From assembly GCA_002269645.1 (NCBI GenBank), contig NIVC01000433.1:62001-126000 (forward strand): 64,000 nucleotides of DNA, read 5' to 3'. The notes beneath the pieces are model-generated. The model searched no databases, had not been told where the DNA came from, and saw nothing but the letters and a program-made list of their open reading frames with translations. This DNA is from Macrostomum lignano. Its lineage: Eukaryota. Within the stretch, counting starts at the first letter, position 1; every line of letters begins with the position of its first letter. A program made the position numbers and the translations under genes. Positions 1 to 13,100 of the stretch are shown piece by piece.

Positions 1-320
1 GCTAATATAATAAGCTTTATGCTTAACGTATAATAAGCAATTACCGATCGGTTTTTTAAAAGCCGCCCTACAACGGAAGCAAAATGAAGATATTTTTTGT
101 CTTAATTATAAAAACTTATGTCTGCTATACATGTAAATTTTAAATCGGCTCAATTTTATAACAGTATATTTCAATTACTAAAAACTTTCTAGATATGCTT
201 TACCATATAGCCGGTCATATTTTTTTCCATTGAATACTTTTTGCGAACAATACTACTGTAGACACTACTAAATAGTAGCAAAACAGGTAAATTTAAGCCA
301 TGTCGCAATTTTCATTCCAG

Positions 321-404
321 CTCGTCAGAGAGATGGAGATTATTGACAAGAAGCGCAACGAAGAGCTGGAACGAATGATGAGGGCGGAGCGGAGCGGTCA
401 GTAG
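321..404 (+). CDS. Probable terminal coding exon of a gene starting left of the window (LVREMEIIDKKRNEELERMMRAERSGQ*)
   Basis: Acceptor ttttcattccag at 309-320 is followed by 27 open codons of charged, helix-like sequence and TAG at 402-404. No family recognised. Confidence 0.5.
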   Translation, partial: LVREMEIIDKKRNEELERMMRAERSGQ

Positions 405-847
405 GGAACTTCCAGCCTGCCTAAGTCTGAGTGCCTTGATCGCAAGCTGACATCATCACTGCCAACTGCTTTTAAATTGATTGTGTTTATCTGACAAGAG
501 CATGGATAAGGGAAGTAGGAGCCGACAGCCGCACTCTTGCAACTCTAAAATGAAAATGAAACAATTTTATGTTTTGTCCAAACGTTGGTTGACATGTTTA
601 TCAAGTTTAGCCATTTAAATGCGACAGGAGATTAGGAGCAAGTAAGAAAAAGGTTCGAGTGAAATTTCTGCTTTTCCTGGCTCTTGATTGTATTTTTTTC
701 CGATGATTTCTGTAGAAGATTATGCATGGTTTTTAGGGTTGTATTTGTTGTAAGTTAAAACAAACTGTAGAAACCATGCATTACCTCAATTAAATCCCTG
801 CTTTCAAACTCCGGGATGTATTCAGATACAACCCGCAAAACAGTTTA

Positions 848-959
848 GACCATAGACACTGAATGCAGTGCAAAGAGGGGTCAAGTGGACGCAGTTCCTG
901 TGCGGGTGTACGGGCGGAGCCCCACATGTAGCATCTCACTTTATTAAATGTCTATGGTC
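848..959. mobile_element. Short MITE-like element with GACCATAGACA/TGTCTATGGTC terminal inverted repeats
   Basis: Perfect 11-bp inverted repeat at 848-858 and 949-959. The internal GC-rich motif (gggtgtacgggcggagccccacat) recurs at ~1047-1072. No TSD seen. Confidence 0.45.
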
Positions 960-1346
960 CGCTTTCATCTCGGAAAGTCGACTAGAAAGGATTTAAGCGA
1001 AACATGGGAGAAGTATTAAGATATTCTATGGTTGAAGTTGGGGATGGGGGTGTGGGGGCGAAGCCCCCACATTCTTTCCATAAACAAAATACGAGCTATT
1101 ATTAAGAAATTTCTCGAGTCACGAAGGAAGAGAAGAGAGAAGCTCGCTTATTTAGATACATGCAATAATCCTTGCAATATGTCCGGGAAAGTGATCGATT
1201 AAATCCCGCAAAATAAAATCTATGTCAATAATAACCTCCCTGAAAGTGAGCTTTAAAGTGGTTTAAAATTCGTTGTTTAGTTTTGTGAGTAGGTGAACTG
1301 CGGAAACTTATGTGGAAGTTAAATAGAGATAAAACAAAGAACACCA

Positions 1347-1505
1347 AAAGTGCATTTTCTAAGGTAGTTGCAAGTACTTTTTGACCATAGACGGCAGTTA
1401 GCCAAGTACACAGAAGTTTACTTGGTGATTTAGCGCAAGAAGAAGCTTTAGCTTTGGCAGCTTAGGTCTGTGGTCAAAAAGTGAATACCTGAAAAGATGC
1501 ACTTT
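1347..1505. repeat. Imperfect foldback inverted repeat built around ACTTTTTGACCAYAGAC
   Basis: 1376-1392 and 1466-1482 match at 16/17 as inverted repeats. Weaker complementarity (aaagtgcat...ggta) extends outward. Confidence 0.5.
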
Positions 1506-2238
1506 CAACTTCATGAAGTTGGCATTCTATCTTATTCTCTGTATTCTTGGGGATAAACCTGTCAATCAGTTTTGAGAACAGAACCTGCACAAAAATTCTG
1601 AAGTTCAGATATCTTTAATTTACAACTCGCTCGGTTTTAAAGTGTTAGGCGTCCAGCTACTCCCAACTGTTCATATAGACCTGAGATGGACTTTGTACTA
1701 ATTAGTTGTTTATTTTAGTCCGTCCATTGAATCTGCAATTTAATTCTTTTAACAATTATACAATGTAAAAATGAACTAATGAACTACTCTTGAACTGCAT
1801 AGTATTGTGCATGCACCGTTCTTTGTTATTCGTTTTAAAACTGTTCTATTGGGTATAGTTGTAATTCTCACCTGATAGCATCAAGTCGAATAATAATTAA
1901 TTAATGAAAAAGCAAATAAAATTCGGATCAAGTCCCGTTGTTGAGATTTAGTCTCCGAAACACTATAAAATCGTCAAGCTGCTTTTTTAGTAATTGCTTT
2001 TTACGGCCAGTTTGGGCTTACCACCATACATCTTACTCGTATATTCCCATAGATAGGCTGCTCTCAATGCATTCAATAGAAAAAGACCGACCACGCAAAT
2101 TGCAAGAAAAAATTAATCAAGCCGACAGCGTTTAAGACAATTTAGAGGTCAGTAGCTTGTGGGACAGACATATATTTCTGCCGTGGTTACCATCAAACAA
2201 ATGGGCAAAATAAATGCTGAAAATACAGCTCATGACTG

Positions 2239-2481
2239 CAGGCCATGGAAAGGAAATGAGAGAGGAAAATAGAAAGGATAAAAGATGAGAGGTGAGATGA
2301 GAGAAAATGGGAGAGTAGAGAACGGAGAGACGGAAGAGAGAGAGGAGAGGTGAGAGAAAGAGAAAGAACTGCATGAGAAGAGACACAAACCTTGAGCGGG
2401 CCGGATTGCTATTTCTAAGTTTCAAAAGACCCGCGAGGGCCGGATTGAGAGGCTTCACGGGCCGCAGATTGCCGAGCTCTG
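2239..2481 (-). mobile_element. hAT/Charlie-like MITE, copy 1 (GA-rich core)
   Basis: 2385-2481 aligns with 16207-16317 and with the reverse complement of 41674-41770. The end TTGCCGAGCTCTG resembles the CAGGGxTCGGCAA Charlie-type TIR. The left boundary is uncertain. Confidence 0.6.
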
Positions 2482-2731
2482 CTCTATGGGGCATGCTTGT
2501 GGTCGCTGAGTGGCTTATTTAGGGAATATAAGATCTATATAGGCTTACCTGAATTGAATTTAATCCAAGATATGTTTGCCAGAGTAACGGAGCTTTTGTC
2601 TATAGTAGAAATTGGACCGGGGCACAGCAGCATTTAATTTGGTCCAGCAAGCATCGCTTTGGTCCATAGCGGCTCCATAGCTTCAACTCTTAGAGTTCAT
2701 TTGCAACTGCATGCAGATTCGTGGACCCCTG

Positions 2732-3207
2732 GGGGGGTCTTTCTCGAAAGCAACTTACGATCGGCCATGGACGTAAGTTGGGTAAGCTACACTTGCGGGT
2801 TGCTCGAAGTGCTCGGAGTGTGAATGTGATCGGAGGAAATAAACGTACAGGCGAAGAATGTAGGAAGAAGTGGTGCGACGTGAAGTCCAACGTCAAAGCA
2901 AAGACAGCCCTAGTACGGAAAGACAAAATGGCTACTGGCGGGCGGTGTACAAAAAGAATCTATATAACTAAATCTAAATCTTCTACAGAATTCGTTATAG
3001 TCTAATTGCTAGTATATACTGAAGCAGACAAAAACCATTGGAATCGTTGCCCACTTCGGCCATAGACAACATTTTTCGCTTTGCGATAACTTGCGAACTG
3101 CGTAAGTTGCGAGAACTCTAGGTTGGCTTCGAGAAACGCAAGCGCAAAGTTCTGACTTACGCCTGCACTTACCATAGAACTTACAATAGTTTCGAGAAAG
3201 ACCCCCC
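2732..3207 (+). mobile_element. Internally deleted PIF/Harbinger element with a Myb/SANT-like (Myb_DNA-bind_5-type) gene fragment
   Basis: Perfect 18-bp TIR GGGGGGTCTTTCTCGAAA at 2732-2749 and 3190-3207. Internal fragment VNVIGGNKRTGEECRKKWCDVKSNVKAKTALVRKDKMATGG (~2820-2945) fits the Harbinger Myb-like motif RT..ECRKKW.D.K...TGG. No transposase is present. Confidence 0.8.
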
Positions 3208-4540
3208 AGATTATTGCATTGCATTTTCAGATTGAATTTTTGACGTCACCTTGTATTGGAATGGAACAGTGATCAAAATTGATGTACATCTGATTGACAG
3301 CGAGCTAATATTCCTTTATCCATGGCTTAAACTATCAACTAAACTGACAAAAGCGGCAGACTTTGACTGGATTTTAGCTAAATCCAATTAAAACATTGGG
3401 TGTCTCCGAGCGCTCTTTGACTGCAGATGAGCCGCTCGCTAACTTAGAGAAGTTCCAATTCTTAGTAGAAGCCATGATAAAAGTGCGCAGACAAGCGTGC
3501 GCGCCAGCTACATTATATATACTTTCTTTTACAAATTGAACTTTCTCAGAACTGTACAGCGCTCGCGGAGTGTAAAATATAGGACCTCTCGGATCGCTGC
3601 ATCGGCACTGTGCGTCTCTGTTAATGCATAGCCAAGCGTGTCTGCAATGGTAAGGGAGGCTGTGAGTCGGCTACAAGCCGACAAATTCATCATCTGCGAG
3701 TGGAATCAATATATATATATATATATATATATAACTGTGAAGCTTCACATGGAGCTGGCTGTCAATAAGATTGCATTTACGTCCATAACAGTAAAGTCAA
3801 GAGGTCTATAGCCTGCTCTAGCACCAGACTTATTTGCTTCTGTGTAGGATTCGACTTTTTCTCGCGGGTGACGATAGATCCTTTTCGTCAGCTAGGAAAC
3901 AACAGGCGCTAACTACTTCTGCGTCTCCATTACACACACCGCATACAGACACACACACGCACATGCACCGTTCTACCAAGTCTTTAGTTCGTCTTGCTAT
4001 ATGCATGTAACTATCCTTGACAGGTCGCGCTCTCCTAGGCTGCTTGATTCGTCTCAGACGTAGGTCGACTTAATTGTAAAAGTTTTTTAATGCCTGATAA
4101 TTTTTTAATGCTTGTTCAGCTCACCAATAAGTTTAATAATTGCAGCCAAGCAAAGCAACCTGTGACACAGAACTCTCTGCATGGGCCAGCTAACCAATTT
4201 TCCATGGACTCCTAAGCATCCCTGGATTGGAAGTCAGCGAAATAAACAGAAATTAGAAATCGACGACTGGAAGAACCCACCAAACTGTTGTGGTTTTCAT
4301 TGATACGTTAAAAACCATGAACTTTAATTCAGTCAAGCCTAATATGATCATGAATAAACAACATTACAGTAGCTGAACATTTAAAGGTCACTGTTGAACA
4401 AATGTTAGCTAAGTATTGAATTATTGATTATGGGACAACTTCGGTTAATTCAAACGATGAAAAAAATAGTTTAATCGGTTGGTTCAATGCATTGTCAGAA
4501 GTACACTTGTTAAAGGCTTAAAAATTGTATTGTCCACCTC

Positions 4541-5171
4541 AATACGAATAAAATCTACTTGACAATGACCAATTTGAGAGGCCATATTTAAACCCCACCA
4601 ATACGAATAAAATCTATGACCAATTTGAGAGGCCATATTTAAACCCCAATACGAATAAAATCTACTTGACAATGGCCATTTTGAGAGGCCATATTTAAAC
4701 CCCAATACGAATAAAATCTACTTGACAATGACAATGGCCATTTTGAGAGGCCATATTTAAACCCCAACACAAATAAAATCTACTTGACAATGAATGACAA
4801 TGGCCATTTTGAGAGGCCATATTTAAACCCCAACACAAATAAAATCTACTTGACAATGACAATGGCCATTTTGAGAGGCCATATTTAAACCCCAATACGA
4901 ATAAAATCTACTTGACAATGACAATGGCCATTTTGAGAGGCCATATTTAAACCCCAACAAAAATAAAATCTACTTGACAATGACTAATTTGAGAGGCCAT
5001 ATTTAAACCCAAATACGAATAAAATCTATGACCAATTTGAGAGGCCATATTTAAACCCCAATACGAATAAAATCTACTTGACAATGGCCATTTTGAGAGG
5101 CCATATTTAAACCCCAACACAAATAAAATCTACTTGACAATGGCCAATTTTAGAGGCCATGTCTAAACCCC
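4541..5171. repeat. Minisatellite, ~50-65-bp unit (aatacgaataaaatctacttgacaatggccattttgagaggccatatttaaacccc)
   Basis: About 11 tandem copies with small indels, read directly. Confidence 0.95.
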
Positions 5172-5946
5172 GAATAGATTGGGCAGCCTATTTTCGAGCT
5201 CGCTACCACTCTCTACCTGAGAATTGTTGAAGATTACCTGACGAATTACCCAATATCGTTGTCCATCGAGTTTCACACGGTCAAATGTCTGTCGATATAG
5301 CATAATAATTAATTCACCATTCTGCTACTCGTATATTGACACCGGAAGACTGCTGGTTTCTGACACACTGGCTGCAAAAGCAAATGGTTTCTTGTGTACT
5401 TCATTATTATCGTCCCGGACTATATGTAATGAGCGTAGTAAGTGCTATAAGCTCCATATGCATACATGTAGAGCGCCAAGCAGCCAGTGTGCAACTGCCG
5501 CCTAGCATTTCAGAACTGCCATGGCCGAATGGCCGACCTTTTGGACTGCCGAGCGCCAACTCTGTAGGGGCTGGCTGGAGGTTCTGTTCTGCAGGGCGGG
5601 AGAATTATTAAATCGTAACATTCGGTTACTTAGGATATGCTGGATCGCTGTCGAACTCTCAGTGGATTTGTCCTCCTCAATGAGCAAAGAAATCCTTGTT
5701 TGTGTTATTCCTATTCAACGCGGAAATAACAACAATTTTTAACAAAACTTATTGACACGTTTGACACAAATAACTCAATTTACGCAATTTTTACGTTCTG
5801 TGCACGTTGATTCATATTTCTAGTTTGTTTTATGCTTAACAGTATCGAAATTCCACTATTTGGAATGCACTGACTGTATGGGACGCATCGCTGTGTCCAT
5901 ATTCTCTATTGCTCTCTCGTTATCTGCCATTCTCTATCTGCGTGTC

Positions 5947-6692
<746 letters not shown>

Positions 6693-7177
6693 CGCTCGCA
6701 GATGCGACTTTCTGCTGTAGCGTCCATGTATGTCCTATAGTCAGCTTCAGCTTCTTTATTAAGGTGTTATATTCATTTCAAGGTGTCGGAACGCGAAAAT
6801 TCGATATCAAACAGCGCGCCCTGTTAGCGGCACTACAGCGCTACCGCTAAAGCGGAGTTTAACACATCCAAACCCTCGTTCTGGTTGACTAAGAGAGAGA
6901 GAGAGAGAGAGACCAGGGCCAGCCAATGGCGGGGCAGCTAGTAACAATACTCTGACTACGATTGCACCATTCGATAAAGCTCACAGTTTCGCTCGAAAAC
7001 ACGGTCCCGACCGCTAGGAGCAAGGCCAGCTTTGCAGCAGAAAGGAGCTTACAGACGGATTTCCACATGAGAGCAGCCGGTGTTTCACTGAAATTTTGGA
7101 TTGACAACTTTCAGAATTTTAACTGCTCTGTTCACAAGTACCAGTAGATCTTTAAATAAGCAACTACAACCCGACAA

Positions 7178-10100
7178 ATGTTCCAACCTTATTTGGGTAA
7201 GTGTTTCCACTCTCCTAAACGCCTATTTCAATTTCTTACCTAGTAATTTATACTGAAAATCTGCGCGCTAAAAACTTTCGCAGCTACTAGAAGAAGAAGA
7301 AGAAGCGGTTCGATTTCTGATTGCCGGCACCATCGCCGGAAGCATCAGCAGCTACTTCTGCTACTGCTCTGGCTGGCCGCCTGTCTGACTCAAACCAAGG
7401 CGGCGGCGATTTCGGACAACCGGCTGTCCCTGACGAGAACGGAGAGGATTCTGCAGCGTGGGAAAATTGTGCGACTGGCTGACGCGCTCAACAGGCAGCT
7501 GCTGTTCAACTTGCACAGCAACAGGTGAGTGGCTTTGAGCACTGCCGCAAGTCAAGGCCCCTGACTTTCCAATCGCCAGGCATTTAGCACTCACTGGGCC
7601 TTGGGCAGGCGCGTCGCCACCGGGGGGACAGGGGGACATGTCCCCCCCCCAGTAAAAGCTCTGGGGGGGGACATGCCAGTGCTTTGTCCCCCCCCACACT
7701 CCACCTTGTAAGTCGTTGTGGTAATCAATAATTTTTCTTCAGGGCGCCAAAATATAGCGGCTGCGGCGCCAAAATGAGTGCCTGCGGTGCCAAAATGAGT
7801 GCCTGCGGCGCAAAAATGAGTGCCTGCGGCGCCAAAATGAGTGCCTGCGGCGCTAAAATGAGTGCCTGCGGCGCCAAAATGAGTGCCTGCGACGCCAAAA
7901 TGAGTGCCTGTGGCGCTAAAATGAGTGCCTGCGGCGCCAAAGTGAATGCCAAAATTTAGTCATGTGCATGTACACGTCAAATTCTTGGCTTTGTCCCCCC
8001 CACCATAAAATCGATAGGGATGTCCCTGACGAATCGATAGGGATCGATAGGGATTGCTACGAGTAATTTTCGTCAGCTAGCGCCAAATTTATGCGCGCGG
8101 AATCGAGCATAGCACAAGATTGCATTAAAACCGCGAAAGCAAAATCAAATCGACTTCAGCTTCTGCAAATTTGATTCCCAAATAATGAGAGCCCATGAGT
8201 AGATCTCTTCCCCGTGCACTGGCTTTTGGTGCCTGGAAAGAAACGAGACAAGTGCATTGCCTGGATGTAACAGACTTTCTCGTTAGCCGCACCTGGAGGC
8301 GATTAATAATTGTTAGGGATTGGCCGAAGTCAAAATTTTAGGACAGAAAGGGGGCAAGAAAGCGTTGCGGAGGGTTAGGAAAGTCGGCAAGAAAAAGTGG
8401 AAAGTCCCATCAGTATGCGGTTGTCCACTCTGGAAGCGTGTATCATCCGGGACGTACGAGCATCTAATTCCACTACTGTGTCTGGGGCGCCTCCCCAAAC
8501 CGCCCACCCCATCCCCACACTCATTTCACTTTTTTGGCCAGAAATTAGGGGATGAAGAGAATTGAGGGCGGCGGCGGCGGCGCCTAGTTTTCAAAAGCGG
8601 CCCAGGAAACAGAAGAGCAAAAAGAGGAAGAGGGGAGAGAGAGAGACAGAAAGAGGAAGCCCGAAAGAAAACTAGCTTAGGTAGAAAAATGACCAGAAGA
8701 CAGAAGGGCATCAGCTGCGTTTTGGCATCGGGCAAGCGACGTCTCGTTGCCAAGGGGCTTGTGATCCACTTCTCCGTAGCCGCTGCCTCCCCGCCCCGTT
8801 CTGACAACGTCAAAAGATGCCGCCTCGGCTGGTCAAAGAGGTCCAGCCTGCATTGGGGGTATACGCTGTCCTTTAAAACAGGCGGCGGGCGAAGGTTGAA
8901 CGAGTCTGTGTGTGTGTGTGTATTGCGAATACGTCTGGAGGAGAGGAGAGGTTGCCTCTTCTCCATCCAGGGGCTATATCCGATTCTTTTCCTCTCTGTT
9001 TCCCGGGACAGAAACTCCGGGCGGAGGGAGTTTGGTGGGTTCTTCAAGCCTTGTCTTCTTTGCTACCCTACACATTACCGTTTAGGCCCACAACCTAACT
9101 ATTACATTGCTACAATGCTGCACATACACGCGGTCTCTGTGTGAGCCTCCCCCCTCTCTGACCTTTATTAGTTCATCTGTCGGTCGGGTCGCTCTGTGTG
9201 TGCGCGCGCGTGTGTGACGATTTTCTCCTCTAAATTTTGGACGAATTAGTTTTCTAGATGGGAGCGACAGAGAGAGAAATCGGTATTATTTTTGTATTAC
9301 CTTTAAACCCGATGGATACAGCGATTGCTAGACGGGGTTGAGGGTGCACAGTACAAGGGGGGAGGCTAAAACCGCGTCTGTCACTTTGTGTCCTGTCAAT
9401 GTAGTAATAATGAGTTTCTAGGGTCCCTCGGCAGTGATCGGTTAGTCAGTGCCCTGGATGCAATTTCTCTGCTGGAATAAGCTGAACGGTGAGGCTAAAT
9501 TGTTTTTCTTACCAGAGTTTTAAGTATCAAATTTGAAGTACGGTCTGCAAAAATGATCAACGCTGGTGGTCATTAGAGTTTGGGTTGGTGAAGTGTCTGG
9601 TCGGTGAAGTGTCTGGTCGGTGAAGTGTCTGGTCGGTGAAGTGTCTGGTCGGTGAAGTGTCTGGTCGGTGAAGTGTCTGGTCGGTGAAGTGTCTGGTCGG
9701 TGAAGTGTCTGGTCGGTGAAGTGTCTGGTCGGTGAAGTGTCTGGTCGGTGAAGTGTCTGGTCGGTGAAGTGTCTGGTCGGTGAAGTGTCTGGTCGGTGAA
9801 GTGTCTGGTCGGTGAAGTGTCTGGTTGGAAAAGTTTCTGGTTGATGAAGTGTCTGGTTGGTGAAGTGTCTGGTTAGTGAAATTTCTGGTTGGTGAAGTGT
9901 CTGGTTGGAAAAGTGTCTGGTTGGTGAAGTGTCTGGTTAGTGAAATTTCTGGTTGGTGAAGTGTCTGGTTGGAAAAGTTTCTGGTTGATGAAGTGTCTGG
10001 TTGGTGAAGTGTCTGGTTAGTGAAATTTCTGGTTGGTGAAGTGTCTGGTTGGAAAAGTGTCTGGTTGGTGAAGTGTCTGGTTGGTGAAGTGTCTGGTTGG

Positions 10101-13100
10101 GAAAGTGTCTGGTTGGGGAAGTGTCTGGTTGGTGAAGTGTCTGGTTGGTGAAGTGTCTGGTTGGTGAAGTGTTTGGTTGGTGAAGCGTCTGGTTGGGGAA
10201 GTGTCTGGTTGGTGAAGTGTCTGGTTAAAGAAGTTTCATCCTGAGACTGAAATCGAAAAGCATTTACGACATAAATCGTCAATATGAACAGCAGCAAGTC
10301 AGGAATTGACTTCCCCTACAATAAAATTTCTGCTGGAGGAGTCTGCAATGTCAGAATATCTTACGCTGAAAGGAGAAGGGGTGCAGAAAACTCTCTCGGA
10401 AAGTGATTATCGTCCAGGGTTTTGTGCGCGACTCTGTCCTGTCTGCCTGCCTGTCGGCCATCACATTGAAGATAACAGGAACTCCTACCGGAGAAAAATA
10501 AGTTTGACTCAAATCTGAAGGACGACCCACTTAGGCTGCCGCACTGCTGATCTAATCAGTCTGAGAGCATCCTGGATGCAAATTGAATTGCTCGACTGAG
10601 ACGCCAACCGACTGGCAAACCAAGTCCACCCAGGGACAGAGTGCAGGGATACCAAATTGCGGTACCTCGGGACGGGTCAGAGTACAAAACAAATTGACGC
10701 TTACTAGCTCATAGCTTGCACTGTTGTGAGAGACATTGGCGCCGTATAAATTTCATTGGAGCCTTCTTGGCCATGATGGACTTGGCTGATGGGCTCCTTT
10801 AAAATTTAATAGCCGGCTCTTTAACTGCACACAGTTCGAATTCACGAGCGAGATAGTGCGCTGGGTAGATGACTGTTAATTGAGTTACCAAGAGACTTCA
10901 GTGAAAGTTGGGAAAAATCTTGGAAGAGGTTGGCGAGAGAGAAGATGTTGGTGGTTGCGTCGAATTTCAAAGAGATGAAAAGCATGAAGATGCAACAGAC
11001 AGAACAATGGCAGCAGTGTTGATTGGCACCGGAACCCCTGCCGATCATAGCTATATTTCAAACTGTCAAATACTCGTAAAAGACAAATTTCAGGTGCGGA
11101 TTTTATGACGGCGGCAAAACTGATAATAGAGAGCGTCATAAAAAGGCGCCGGTTGTTACCCCAACCCACCCCCATCCAACCGTTTTTTTACGCTTCGCAG
11201 ATGGCTGCAAGGCCCCTGGATGTGCGCAGAATCCCCGACCCAGGCCCCCGTCCCGCCTCCCAGTCAACATCATCATGCAGCTCCGCTGCCCACCTATGGC
11301 GAAAATTGGATCGGAGAGAAATCTATATATATATATAGACACTTTTTACTCATTTGACGGCATCAAATGAGAGTTGAACGACTAGCTGCCATGGCACCCA
11401 CCGAGCAGCATGTCGCCTCCTTATAGCTATAGCTTTAGCGGCTATATTTTATTCATAGCAAAAGTCTGGATTCAATACTATAATCCAGACAGGCTGGTAG
11501 ATGCAGCAAAAATCGAGGCAGCAGCGAGCGGGTGAGCGGGACAGGCGCTTTTTTTTTTTTTTTAAAAAAGCTCGAATGCACCAAAACAAAGTGCTGATGC
11601 AGGCAATTGAAGCCGCGCTCTGCACAGGCCGGAATAGTAAACACAGAAAAAGTAAGTGCGTCTATTGTGACTCATGCAAAGCCGAAAACGACAGACGCCA
11701 GCAAAGTTGCCAGACTAGTAATTCGCGGCCAAGTTCATTTGGTATTGGGATTTAAAACTGGTAGCCATTGGGGCTGCTAGTCTTTTGTGAGGCTAACCCT
11801 TCCCCTAATTCTCTAGATGATTTTGGAAGACGTTGCTTGACAATGCAGCAATCAAAACATTCATTCCGTTTGACTCCAGCCACTCCGACTTCTAATAACC
11901 CCCAATTAAGAATACGGTGCTTGACACTTCAGCCACCCCAACCCCCCAATTAAGAATACGATGCTTGACACTCTAGCCACCCCAACCCCCAATTAAGAAT
12001 ACGGTGCTTGACACTCTAGCCACCCCAACCCCCCAATTAAGAATACGATGCTTGACACTCTAGCCACCCCAACCCCCGATTAAGAATACGGTGCTTGACA
12101 CTCTAGCCACCCCAACCCCCGATTAAGAATACGGTGCTTGACACTCTAGCCACCCCAACCCCCGATTAAGAATACGGTGCTTGACACTCCAGCCACCCCA
12201 ACCCCCAATTAAGAATACGATGCTTGACACTCTAGCCACCCCAACCCCCAATTAAGAATACGGTGCTTGACACTCCGGCCACCCCAACCCCCGATTAAGA
12301 ATACGGTGCTTGACACTCCAGCCCGCCCAACCCCCGATTAAGAATACGGTGCTTGACACTCCAGCCACCCCAACCCCCAATTAAGAATACGGTGCTTGAC
12401 ACTCCAGCCACCCCAACCCCCAATTAAAAATACGGTGCTTGACACTCTAGCCACCCCTAAACCTCCATTTGACATGACTCCAGCCACTGACGCCACATCT
12501 TGCGGGGGCAGCGCAGTGCTCTAATTTTAGTCCAGTTGGAACGAAAATCCGATTAAAATAATTTGTGTTTACATCGCAGCAGAAAAATGTGCCCGCTAAG
12601 CTTGCACTTTAAATTTGGTTGAGAAGGCTAGGACGAGAGACAAATTGCCCAGGGATTATTCAAATTTTTGATGTAGCAAAGTGCCACAGCACTGAATGGC
12701 CTTTAATATAATCGCATGGGCCGTTTTGTGTGGCTAGGGCGAAAATTTATTCAGAAAAACCGGCCAGACAGACTGAAAAATCTCTAAACCCAGCCCCCTA
12801 AAGCGTGGGCGTTAGCGACCACGGTAATTCGAGTATTGGATGGACGCGCTGGTGCTTTTTATTCTTCAGCTCGAACCGGCTCAAACGGGTTGTGTTGTTT
12901 TAACGCGATCAATTTTTATTCTGTAGAGATGGAGCAGACTGCATGGCGTCCCGGGCCATAATTAATAATTGATGATCGGTTGCTGTTGCTGTTGCCGCTC
13001 AGGCGTTTTTCCGCTTCAAGGGATTTCTGCCCCGGCGGGAGCAAAAAAGAATAGGCAGCGCGCGTACTCCACTTAGCTCGGGTTATCAACCAGTTCGACT

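Noticed and set aside
4181-4303. 40-codon ORF MGQLTNFPWTPKHPWIG...NCCGFH; also a 54-codon minus-strand ORF near 35350-35520
   Set aside because: Too short, with no supporting splice structure or homology.
11900-12465. CRISPR-like periodicity (also the 32-33-bp arrays and the terminal satellite)
   Set aside because: The units are contiguous with no unique spacers, no cas genes are present, and the context is eukaryotic.
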